From a virus (Duplodnaviria; Caudoviricetes), in IMG/VR virus record IMGVR_UViG_3300005841_000939: DNA of 64,000 bases. One strand, given 5' to 3'. Made by a program: the position numbers and the translations under genes. Below are positions 6,385-13,927 of the stretch, in pieces (position 1 is the first letter of the stretch; each line of letters opens with the position of its first letter). The notes below the pieces were generated by a model, which did no database searches, was not told the DNA's origin, and saw nothing but the letters and a program-made list of their open reading frames with translations.

Positions 6385-6689
6385 TTCAATCTTTCTGATT
6401 TTTGAATTGCGAGTTGTTTTGACGATTTAATTTTATTATACAAGTCATCAGGATGGAAATTTGGTTCCCATTCTTTCCCTTGTGTAATATGAAATTTTTC
6501 TGCCATCATGTGATGGGTTGGGCAAAGAGAAATACCATTCTCTTTGACATAGCCACCGTTTGGCATTTCATTTCGATCAGTTATGTGATGCGCATCAAGA
6601 TTTTCTTTAATGTCACAAAACAAACATTTGCCACCGTCTCGCTTGAAGACTGCGTTGCGAAATGCTGAACGAATTTCCTTCTTGTTCAT
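6381..6689 (-). CDS. HNH endonuclease
   Basis: CLFC...LDAHHI...NGISLCPTHH. Confidence 0.85.
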   Translation of the reverse strand: MNKKEIRSAFRNAVFKRDGGKCLFCDIKENLDAHHITDRNEMPNGGYVKENGISLCPTHHMMAEKFHITQGKEWEPNFHPDDLYNKIKSSKQLAIQKSERLK

Positions 6690-6769
6690 GGCTTACGACA
6701 TAAGTTTAAGCCTTGTTTTTATATGTCAACTGAAAAAACACCTGGGTATTCGCTGTCTTTCAAACTCTG

Positions 6770-6887
6770 GTTAGTTGATGCATTCAACATCACCAATGCG
6801 CCAAGTGTGTATTGAAAATGCCGCAGTCAGGATATGCGCCAGCTTTGAACTTCTAGTTAGTTGATGCATCAACATCACTAATGCGCC
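6770..6887 (-). repeat. Direct repeat of a ~33-nt hairpin with ATGCA loop
   Basis: gttagttgatgcat(t)caacatcac(c/t)aatgcgcc at 6770-6802 and 6856-6887; related hairpin at 7090-7110. Confidence 0.8.
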
Positions 6888-6901
6888 TGAGATTGGCTTT
6901 T

Positions 6902-6977
6902 TGGTGGACAATGAGGGATTTGAACCCCCGACCTCTTGAATGTAAATCAAGCACTCTAGCCGCTGAGTTAATCGTCC
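6902..6977 (-). tRNA. tRNA-Val(UAC)
   Basis: CTTGA-TTTACAT-TCAAG; CCA. Confidence 0.94.
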
Positions 6978-7145
6978 AAAAATTGAAATTATAAAGGCAG
7001 CTTTCAATCGCGACCATATCGTATAATTTCTTCCTGTTTTTTATCCATGATGGATCATCATGCTATGCTTTTGACTTGTTGCAAACAAGCAATGTTATGC
7101 ATTAACATTGTTAGCATCTAACCGTCGCTAGATGCCCAAAAAAGA

Positions 7146-7212
7146 AATACGACTAAAAGCGAATAAGAGGGGTTATCTTAAATGGATGTACTCCTATTCT
7201 AGCATTCGTATT
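7146..7212 (-). ncRNA. Y RNA-like scaffold copy 5 (no tRNA domain)
   Basis: AATACGAATGC..GAATAGGAG-TACAT...CTCTTATTC-GCTTTTAGTCGTATT. Confidence 0.68.
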
Positions 7213-7214
7213 AT

Positions 7215-7300
7215 TGGTGCCCATAGCCGGACTTGAACCAGCACCCCTGTTACGGGAGAGGATTTTGAATCCACCGCGGCTGCCATTACGCCATACGGGC
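7215..7300 (-). tRNA. tRNA-Leu(CAA)
   Basis: GTGGA-TTCAAAA-TCCTC; long variable arm. Confidence 0.92.
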
Positions 7301-7343
7301 AAAAATTGATTGTCTAAAATGGTTGTGAATACTTTCGTTTATA

Positions 7344-7448
7344 GAAATGGTCTGCCGTAGCACGTTGGCCATTTCTTTGACGGGAGCATTCATATCTAAA
7401 AGGTGCCAATAATATCCCCAAAGCTGCCGTAGCACGTTCTATGAGGAA
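7344..7448 (-). repeat. Two hairpins with an identical 15-nt apical sequence AACGTGCTACGGCAG
   Basis: ctgccgtagcacgtt at 7352-7366 and 7424-7438, each between different complementary flanks. Confidence 0.8.
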
Positions 7449-7459
7449 GATGGCGAAAT

Positions 7460-7532
7460 TGCTGCGACACTTGGATTTAAACCAAGACTTTCCGATTTCC
7501 CCTCGGTGCTCTAATTATTAAGCTATATCACA
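7460..7532 (-). pseudogene. Degenerate tRNA-like element
   Basis: Acceptor, D and T arms fold; anticodon loop GGGGAAA lacks U33; 3' end GCAA. Confidence 0.6.
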
Positions 7533-7538
7533 ATAAGA

Positions 7539-7615
7539 TGGTCAGTATGAGAGGATTTGAACCTCTGACTTCTGGCTTCCAAAACCAGCACTCTTCCAGG
7601 CTGAGCTACACACTG
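7539..7615 (-). tRNA. tRNA-Pro(UGG)
   Basis: CTGGT-TTTGGAA-GCCAG; CCA. Confidence 0.94.
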
Positions 7616-7623
7616 ATAAAAAG

Positions 7624-7725
7624 TTTCACAACAAAATAAAAAAGAAGTGCTCCCCAATAGAGCATCTGAGGTTTCCCTAAGATTGGAATCGAACCAATAA
7701 TGTATTCTTTTTAGCATTTGTGAAA
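7624..7725 (-). ncRNA. Y RNA-like scaffold copy 6 with minimal permuted tRNA-like domain
   Basis: TTTCACAAATGC..TACAT-T-ATTGG-TTCGATT-CCAAT-CTTAGG-GAAA-CCTCAG-AT-GCTC-TATTGGG-GAGC...TTTTGTTGTGAAA. Confidence 0.72.
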
Positions 7726-7731
7726 ATGAAA

Positions 7732-7818
7732 TGGTGGGTGAAATAGGACTCGAACCTATGAAGTCATTAAAGACGGGACGTTTACAGCGTCCAGCAATTG
7801 CCGCTATGCGATTCACCC
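7732..7818 (-). tRNA. tRNA-Tyr(GUA)
   Basis: GGACG-CTGTAAA-CGTCC; long variable arm; A73. Confidence 0.94.
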
Positions 7819-7823
7819 AAAAA

Positions 7824-7964
7824 TATCACGACTAAATTGCGAAAGAAAATGGCTTGCGCCGAATCGGCTGTTCTACCGCTGAACTACATCACACCGAAAT
7901 GTGATGGTGGGATTTGAACCCACGACAGGCTGATGGAATGTAATCCTTCATTGCATTCGTGATA
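7824..7964 (-). ncRNA. Y RNA-like scaffold copy 7 with permuted tRNA-like domain
   Basis: TCACGAATGC..TACAT...GTGGG-TTCAAAT-CCCAC, CATCACA-TTTCGG-TGTGATG, GTTC-AGCGGTA-GAAC...TTTAGTCGTGA. Confidence 0.75.
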
Positions 7965-7975
7965 AAAACTGAAAA

Positions 7976-8052
7976 TGGTCGGACATGCTGGATTTGAACC
8001 AGCGGTCTCTTGCTCCCAAAGCAAGCGCGATACCAGGCTACGCTAATGTCCG
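7976..8052 (-). tRNA. tRNA-Pro(UGG), second copy
   Basis: CTTGC-TTTGGGA-GCAAG; CCA. Confidence 0.92.
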
Positions 8053-8054
8053 AA

Positions 8055-8131
8055 AAGCCGATCCGTCAAGATTTTAACTTGAATCTCCCAGCGTATAGTG
8101 CCAGGCATTCTTTACGTTGAACTACGAATCG
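8055..8131 (-). pseudogene. Degenerate tRNA-like element (no CCA, no U33)
   Basis: Cloverleaf folds; loop ACTATAC; T loop TTAAAAT; 3' end GCTT. Confidence 0.6.
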
Positions 8132-8146
8132 AAAAGTAAACTAAAA

Positions 8147-8223
8147 AGGCCCGACTGTCAAGATTTGAACTTGAATTTTCCAGCCATGACGGCCGGACGT
8201 TCTTTGCATTGAACTACAATCAG
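8147..8223 (-). pseudogene. Degenerate tRNA-like element, paralog of 8055-8131
   Basis: Cloverleaf folds; loop CGTCATG; 3' end GCCT. Confidence 0.6.
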
Positions 8224-8228
8224 AAAAA

Positions 8229-8361
8229 GAAACGACTAAAAGCGAAAAGATGTATTACGCGCTCTACCGGTGAGCTAAACGAGCAAATTGGCGCCCGCTC
8301 CAGGAATCGAACCTGGTCCTCGTCCTTAACATGGATGTAATCCTTTCAAAGCATTCGTTTC
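8229..8361 (-). ncRNA. Y RNA-like scaffold copy 8 with permuted tRNA-like domain
   Basis: GAAACGAATGC..TACAT...CCAGG-TTCGATT-CCTGG, AGCGGGC-GCCAATTT-GCTCGTT, GCTC-ACCGGTA-GAGC...TTTTAGTCGTTTC. Confidence 0.75.
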
Positions 8362-8370
8362 AAAGAAAAG

Positions 8371-8501
8371 GTCTGACAAATATTAGAGAAATTGTTTTTT
8401 AATGCTACCGTTACACCATACACACCTTTCGATGTGCAATAGGATTCGAACCTATACCCTTTGATTATCGGTCAATGTAAATCTCTCAAAGGCATTCAGA
8501 C
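8371..8501 (-). ncRNA. Y RNA-like scaffold copy 9 with permuted tRNA-like domain
   Basis: GTCTGAATGC..TACAT...ATAGG-TTCGAAT-CCTAT, TGCACAT-CGAAAG-GTGTGTA, D arm...TTTGTCAGAC. Confidence 0.72.
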
Positions 8502-8504
8502 TTG

Positions 8505-8580
8505 TGGTTGGCATACCAGGAATCGAACCTGGATCTTAACTTTATCAGAGTTATGTGATGAACCATTCTACTATACGCCA
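8505..8580 (-). tRNA. tRNA-Ile(GAU)
   Basis: TAACT-CTGATAA-AGTTA; A73; CCA. Confidence 0.93.
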
Positions 8581-8810
8581 ATATGGTGATGTCGATTTTT
8601 AGGCCGACACCACTAATCCAACGTTTAAACTCGGTTTTACCCAAATCTCCTAACGTTGGCAAAAGGAATGCTACTAGCCTTTCGACTAATAGCATTTTTA
8701 ATGCTATTTTTTGATTCTACAGTTATAAAGTTTTCAAGTTTGAATCTGGAACCATTATTCTGTCGTTCTTGGGTTTAGCAAGAACTATCCTTTTTGGTTT
8801 GTCGATTCAT

Positions 8811-8900
8811 TGGCGGATAGAGAGGGATTTGAACCCCCGGAGCCCTTTCAGGCCCTCTAGTTTTCAAGACTAGCGCAATAAGCCGCTCTGCCATCTATCC
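8811..8900 (-). tRNA. tRNA-Ser(UGA), first tRNA of the array
   Basis: CTAGT-CTTGAAA-ACTAG; long variable arm; G73. Confidence 0.95.
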
Positions 8901-8930
8901 AGCACATTCTAAATTTTTCAAAGATACTAC

Positions 8931-8966
8931 AAAACGAAAAACCCTGAGACTTTTTGGTCCCAGGGT
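8931..8966 (-). terminator. Attenuator-type intrinsic terminator just upstream of the first tRNA
   Basis: ACCCTGGGAC-CAAAAA-GTCTCAGGGT followed by TTTTCGTTTT. Confidence 0.85.
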
Positions 8967-8991
8967 CTTGAGTCAGTCAGTTATGACCTTC

Positions 8992-9108
8992 TCAGTTGGG
9001 ACCACTTCCGTTTCTATCCAACGGATTTGAGCGGCAAGGATATGTATTAAATGCTACTTGAGCATTCCAGACCTTGCTTTTCATAATGAGTTGATGGGAG
9101 CGTTTCAT
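8992..9108 (-). CDS. Putative 38-aa attenuator leader peptide MKRSHQLIMKSKVWNAQVAFNTYPCRSNPLDRNGSGPN
   Basis: Manual translation ATG 9108 to TGA 8992; 19 of 20 amino acids; its last codons carry TGGTCCCA, complementary to the terminator 5' arm; no clear SD. Confidence 0.65.
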   Translation of the reverse strand: MKRSHQLIMKSKVWNAQVAFNTYPCRSNPLDRNGSGPN

Positions 9109-9121
9109 GGCGTTATGTTGA

Positions 9122-9129
9122 TATTTATA
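9122..9129 (-). promoter_or_regulatory. T4-type late promoter TATAAATA driving leader and tRNA array (a sigma70-like TTGCAT...TATAAA overlaps it)
   Basis: Exact T4 late consensus 13 nt upstream of the leader ATG. Confidence 0.6.
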
Positions 9130-9164
9130 TATAACTTATTCTAGCATGCAAGAGAAATTTTTTC

Positions 9165-9608
9165 TCAGAAATCTAGAAGCTTGTAAACCTTGTCTTTTGC
9201 GTGTGTTAAGTCGTTGATGATTACATCAAACTTGGGATGCTTGTTTCTACGCTCACGTTCTAAGAAGTCAACGTACCACTCAAGTTGTCCTATGATTTTA
9301 TTTGCGTAGGATCTAACATTGTGTGGATTCACATTTTGACCTTGAACTTGAATATACTTATTCATTTTCTCTACGAGGTCCAAAATAGCCTTGTAATCTT
9401 TTATTCTAAAATATGAAATAGGATCACCATTTTCATCACGTTCAAATGGTGCTATTTTTTTATCAAACTGATGAATACGGTCATCAAAACCACTTAACAG
9501 TTGCCATACACGAAAAAATCTTTCTGATAGAGGTAAGCTTCTTTGTGCTTCTACATGAGCGTTTTCTAAAAACTTACTCCATTGTCTTTTCATGAATGCA
9601 GGGTGCAT
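9165..9608 (-). CDS. Hypothetical helical protein, paralog of the adjacent gene
   Basis: 147-aa ORF; aligns by eye with 9617..10063. Confidence 0.8.
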   Translation of the reverse strand: MHPAFMKRQWSKFLENAHVEAQRSLPLSERFFRVWQLLSGFDDRIHQFDKKIAPFERDENGDPISYFRIKDYKAILDLVEKMNKYIQVQGQNVNPHNVRSYANKIIGQLEWYVDFLERERRNKHPKFDVIINDLTHAKDKVYKLLDF

Positions 9609-9616
9609 ATTAGTCC

Positions 9617-10063
9617 TTAGAAATTTAATTCTTTGAATGCCGCTGGCAAGGCTTTTATCAAATTATTGGCTGCTTCATCAACTTTCTTATCATGACCACG
9701 TAAAGAAATTAATTTCTTAGCATAATTTGACATTGAATTGATAATGCCGTCACGGTAAACTTTTACTTTTTCAATATTTGGATTTTCATTTTTATACAAA
9801 TATTTACGAAGGGCATCCCAAGTACTTACAATATCTTTTAACTTATTTGTATCATAAAAAGATTTTTGTTCGCCGGTTTGAGAATCCATATTTTTATCCC
9901 AACCACCTGCACGTTCAGCTTTATACAAATCATCAATAAATGCTGATACTTCGCGATAACCCTTCATTATTTTATCTTCTACAGAATTACCAAGGGTAAT
10001 CATCTGTGGACGTTCAAGAAATAATTTCCATTTATTTTTAAATTGTTGTTTTTCTGTAGCCAT
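9617..10063 (-). CDS. Hypothetical helical protein
   Basis: 148-aa ORF; N-terminal W..FLE motif shared with its neighbour. Confidence 0.8.
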   Translation of the reverse strand: MATEKQQFKNKWKLFLERPQMITLGNSVEDKIMKGYREVSAFIDDLYKAERAGGWDKNMDSQTGEQKSFYDTNKLKDIVSTWDALRKYLYKNENPNIEKVKVYRDGIINSMSNYAKKLISLRGHDKKVDEAANNLIKALPAAFKELNF

Positions 10064-10209
10064 GATTATTTCTTTGGATTGTGTTTAAAATATTCAACTT
10101 GTTGAATTCTTTTTTCTGCTTGCTTGTGAGAAAGATTACTTTTAGAGAGATTTTTCTTTCCATCCTTGCTTACAACTTTGTATCCACTTTTTGTTTTTCT
10201 GATCATAAT

Positions 10210-11496
10210 TTACCCCAAAATAACGTTGAATTTATCACCTTCACCAGTGATCTTTTTTCCCTTATTCATCTTTTGATATGCATTCCAACCTTCGTTGATT
10301 TTCTTCAATTTAGATTTTTTGCGATCATCAGTTGTAACTTGTTCATAAAAATCAATCTTTGGTCCACAATCCATGCGACCAACGCCAGCATGTACAGGGG
10401 ATTGTTCTTTGATTTGTTCATCATCTTCAACAGGTTCTTCATCGTCTTGTTCAATATCGGCTGGTTTATCAGCAGCAACTTTAACATTATTATGTTTAGG
10501 TTTGAAATCGTGATGAATCACTTTCTTTGTTTCTTGATCAAAACCAAGAGCAGGATCATCTGGATCTAACAACCAAGTATCGCCACTTGCAATTTTCTTG
10601 AGCAATTCATTTTGTGCTTTAGTATCAAGACCCTTGATAATTTCTTGACGCTTCTTAAATCCACTTGCAAATGCACCATAGATATTAGCAATACGAACAT
10701 CATTGAAAATCTTTGCTGACAAATCAACCAATTGATTCCAATAATTGTAATCTTTGTTATTCTTCATCCAACTTGCAAAACTTGAAACACGCTCTGGAAT
10801 TTGTGATTTATTTGGATCAGCATCAACAACGTTTTTACGTTCACGACCATTGTCTTGTATACGTCCAAATAAATTTGGGGCTTCTGTGAGAGTACCTTTA
10901 TTTGCAACACCAAGTTTACCTGCAACTTCTGGTAATAGGTATGGAAGTAAAGCACCACGACCTTCTTTTGAATTAATTACAAAGTTTCTGAAACCATCAG
11001 TGTTATCAATATTTGGATAACCCAAATAATCAATACCTAGCCCAATGCCACGCTTTCTTACTGCTTCTGCAACCAATTTATTAAATTCGTCAACATGATT
11101 ATTTGCACTTGCTACAGCTTCAACTGACATTTCTGCCATTTCATCACGGTAAGAATTAAGTAATTCTAAAATTATATTAGTATCGCCTGATACAGATACA
11201 TTTGACAAATCTTTTGTAGCTTCTCTTGCAAAATCATGATAGACCTTATACATGGTCTTATCTTTCTTTGCTTTCTCAGCTTTCAAAATCTTTTGATATT
11301 CTGGATTCTTTGAAAGATCAGCAATATTCTTACCAAATGTTCTCAAGAAATCATCTTGAGAATCAAATTTACCGCCAGCAATTGGTGCGTCAGGATGAAC
11401 ATCTGATCCACCAAAAGCTTCATCCTCTTTAAGCAATTTACGCTTTTGGAAGACTTTCCAGTCACCTTTACCAGTATTGATGTATTCTTGATCCAT
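10210..11496 (-). CDS. Late protein, possibly internal head protein
   Basis: 428 aa; late promoter and GGAG RBS; LLKED and KINEG resemble prohead-protease sites. Confidence 0.75.
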   Translation of the reverse strand: MDQEYINTGKGDWKVFQKRKLLKEDEAFGGSDVHPDAPIAGGKFDSQDDFLRTFGKNIADLSKNPEYQKILKAEKAKKDKTMYKVYHDFAREATKDLSNVSVSGDTNIILELLNSYRDEMAEMSVEAVASANNHVDEFNKLVAEAVRKRGIGLGIDYLGYPNIDNTDGFRNFVINSKEGRGALLPYLLPEVAGKLGVANKGTLTEAPNLFGRIQDNGRERKNVVDADPNKSQIPERVSSFASWMKNNKDYNYWNQLVDLSAKIFNDVRIANIYGAFASGFKKRQEIIKGLDTKAQNELLKKIASGDTWLLDPDDPALGFDQETKKVIHHDFKPKHNNVKVAADKPADIEQDDEEPVEDDEQIKEQSPVHAGVGRMDCGPKIDFYEQVTTDDRKKSKLKKINEGWNAYQKMNKGKKITGEGDKFNVILG

Positions 11497-11520
11497 TAGG
11501 TTCTCCTAGTATCTTTTACG

Positions 11521-11528
11521 TATTTATA
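11521..11528 (-). promoter_or_regulatory. Late promoter TATAAATA
   Basis: Exact consensus between the terminator and the RBS of 10210..11496. Confidence 0.75.
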
Positions 11529-11541
11529 TGTTTTAAAAGCC

Positions 11542-11577
11542 AAAAAATAAACCTATGGAAATTTCTTCCATAGGTTT
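11542..11577 (-). terminator. Intrinsic terminator
   Basis: AAACCTATGGAA-GAAA-TTTCCATAGGTTT followed by ATTTTTT. Confidence 0.85.
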
Positions 11578-11603
11578 ACTAGATTCTAATTACTTTTTTA
11601 CTA

Positions 11604-12503
11604 TTATTCTTCGTCGGACTTATGTCCAGTTACTTTATGCTTTTCTTTTGAATCTGAACTAATCTTTGATGAAGACAACTTACCTTTGAGTTTTTCTATC
11701 TTTTTCTTCAATTCTTCTTTTTCTTCTGGATCAGTTTCATCGGCAAGCCACTTCTTAAGGCCTTCCAATTCTTTCTTCAAAGCTTCAAGATTTTGTTCGT
11801 TGAACTTTTGAACGCGGCCAGCTTGGAATGACTTCCATGACTTGCGACCTTCCATCATTGGGTCACGTTGCTTTTCACGATCTGCGGCATCTTGTTCTGC
11901 CTTATCGTCTGAATTGCAAACTTCTTCTTCCTTCAATTCAGTATCATCAACTGGTGCTGCATCGTCAGATGGAGCAACATCACCTACTGGTGCATCCAAT
12001 GCTGGATCAGCAACTGGTGCTGCATCAGGAACCATTGCACCTGAAGCGCCTGGGATTGCTGAATCAACTGGTTGAAGAATATTTGCAACATCTTGAATTG
12101 TCATTGTTGCTGGGAAAGTGACAACCATGAATTGGCCACTTTGATCATCATTAACTGATGCATTAAAGATACCATTTTCATTGACTGATTCTGCAATATT
12201 AACATCTGATGGGAGACCCTTCAAATATTTTGTAACGAAATCAGTTGTTGCCAACTTTGCTTGTGGATCAGCGGCAGCACCTTCTGCTGATGCATCTGGT
12301 GTAGTTGCAGGAACTTCTGGTGAAGTAACATCAACTGGTGCTGGTGCATCAGTTGCGGATGGATCTACTACTGGATCTTCCTCTTCTTCTTTTACTTTAA
12401 CGAGTCCCCAACTCTCTTTAAGAATTTGCTTATATGTTGAACGAAGGTCTTTACTGAGCTTGTTGCGCTTTTCGATAAGTTCGTCTCTTTTATTCATATC
12501 CAT
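11604..12503 (-). CDS. Acidic Pro/Ala/Asp-rich late protein, prohead core/scaffold-like
   Basis: 299 aa; low-complexity DAP repeats, coiled-coil ends, LKE/MME motifs; late promoter upstream. Confidence 0.7.
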   Translation of the reverse strand: MDMNKRDELIEKRNKLSKDLRSTYKQILKESWGLVKVKEEEEDPVVDPSATDAPAPVDVTSPEVPATTPDASAEGAAADPQAKLATTDFVTKYLKGLPSDVNIAESVNENGIFNASVNDDQSGQFMVVTFPATMTIQDVANILQPVDSAIPGASGAMVPDAAPVADPALDAPVGDVAPSDDAAPVDDTELKEEEVCNSDDKAEQDAADREKQRDPMMEGRKSWKSFQAGRVQKFNEQNLEALKKELEGLKKWLADETDPEEKEELKKKIEKLKGKLSSSKISSDSKEKHKVTGHKSDEE

Positions 12504-12537
12504 CTGAATGACTCCTAAGTAAAATGAATCTGAGATT

Positions 12538-12545
12538 TATTTATA
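12538..12545 (-). promoter_or_regulatory. Late promoter TATAAATA
   Basis: Exact consensus upstream of 11604..12503. Confidence 0.72.
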
Positions 12546-12596
12546 CACTTCTTTGATGTAAAATACTATGAAGCATAAATAAGAGAGTGAGATACC

Positions 12597-13376
12597 ATGG
12601 AAAAAAATAAATTTGAAGAAGGTCTGATCAAACAAGTATCAAGTCTAGCTAACGCTGGTGACGGTAATGATGGTCAAAAGAAAGTATTAGTTAATCAAGC
12701 AATTCAAATAAAAACACAAGATGCAAAATCTTTAAAAGATTTACAAGCTAATTTAAAAAAGTCACAAAGCGTTATCAGTAAGTCAATTAACTTGGTGACT
12801 GACCGTGATACTCGCAATGCGATGCAAAAAACTGTTGCTAATTTAAATAATACGTTGAAACAAAAATCTGATAAAGTTGGTGCTGATATTGACGCTATTA
12901 AGAGCGAAGCCAAAGAAGCGTTGGCTGTTTTGGATGCCCAAAAAACAACTGATCAAGAAGATAATCAAACCAGTACAATAGGGAGTTTTAAAAATACTAT
13001 GTCATTCATGGAAGAAAGCGAAGCCCTATTAGCAGGTAATAATTTACAGAAGATAGAAGATTTCCTTAAATCATCACCTTATTTAATGCTTCAAATATTG
13101 TCAACTGCAATAATGAATAAGCCTGGATTTCCAACTTGGTCATTGGCTGACATTGAATCAAACCCAAGTATTCTTCGTTCACCTGAAATGAAGGTAAAAA
13201 TGCAAAAAGTGGCAAATTCCAACTTTCCTGCATTCTTCAACAGTACTTTTAAGAAAGTTTTTCCGGCCGCTGGAAACAATCCGTCAGCATGGGCAAAACA
13301 ATTCAGCAATGACACCGCAGATTTAAACAACCCAAGAGTCGTTGAACTTCTGCAACGTGTCACAAATGTAAATTAA
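12597..13376 (+). CDS. Hypothetical coiled-coil protein
   Basis: 259-aa ORF; CATAAATA box at 12574-12581 and a GAG-rich RBS. Confidence 0.8.
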   Translation: MEKNKFEEGLIKQVSSLANAGDGNDGQKKVLVNQAIQIKTQDAKSLKDLQANLKKSQSVISKSINLVTDRDTRNAMQKTVANLNNTLKQKSDKVGADIDAIKSEAKEALAVLDAQKTTDQEDNQTSTIGSFKNTMSFMEESEALLAGNNLQKIEDFLKSSPYLMLQILSTAIMNKPGFPTWSLADIESNPSILRSPEMKVKMQKVANSNFPAFFNSTFKKVFPAAGNNPSAWAKQFSNDTADLNNPRVVELLQRVTNVN

Positions 13377-13927
13377 ACGTAAGCGTGAACAACTACACCG
13401 TCTGCTACACGCTTTACTTGATCCTCTTCCCATTTAAATCCATGTTTGCGTAATTCTGGCAAAATATGAGATTCATCAATGGTATTTTTACCTTTAAATT
13501 TAAAATATAGTCCAGGTTTTTCATTATTCTTGGCATCACGAACAGGAAAGACTTCTAAAATTTCATCACCTTCAGACAAATTCATAGTACATTCAAACAT
13601 ATGTTCTTTATGAGGTGAATATTTGAGAGGAAAGCCCATCTTTCTAAGAGTAGGACGTACTGAACCCCAATACTTATCAACATCTGTATAGGAACTTGGT
13701 GTTTTTACAATAAAATATTTGCCTTCATGCAAATCTTCTTTCAAATCTTCAGTAACGAATGATGGAGTTTCTACTGATTCTTCCATTTTGAAGATTGATT
13801 TAATACGCTCACCAGCTTTTACAGAAACTTCTTCTTTTTTCTCAACTTGCTTTTGCACGATAACTTTTTCTGGAGGATTGGTTAGTAACCCTTGAATGCG
13901 ATCCCTGTATGTTGGTTTGTTTTCCAT
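13373..13927 (-). CDS. Hypothetical protein
   Basis: 184-aa ORF with AAGGA RBS. Confidence 0.8.
   Translation of the reverse strand: MENKPTYRDRIQGLLTNPPEKVIVQKQVEKKEEVSVKAGERIKSIFKMEESVETPSFVTEDLKEDLHEGKYFIVKTPSSYTDVDKYWGSVRPTLRKMGFPLKYSPHKEHMFECTMNLSEGDEILEVFPVRDAKNNEKPGLYFKFKGKNTIDESHILPELRKHGFKWEEDQVKRVADGVVVHAYV

Noticed and set aside
6770-7438. CRISPR array
   Set aside because: Only two copies of each repeat, no regular unique spacers and no cas genes
8147-8223. Opal suppressor or tRNA-Sec (loop centre reads TCA)
   Set aside because: No U33, no CCA, no long acceptor or variable arm, and its paralog has a different triplet
327-8695. Track ORFs 327..554, 641..844, 1052..1264, 2517..2795, 3897..4145, 4627..4812, 4924..5229, 5019..5282, 6771..7007, 7523..7816 and 8486..8695
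   Set aside because: They overlie tRNAs or structured RNAs, lack RBSs and have no protein motifs; they are by-products of GC-richer RNA genes
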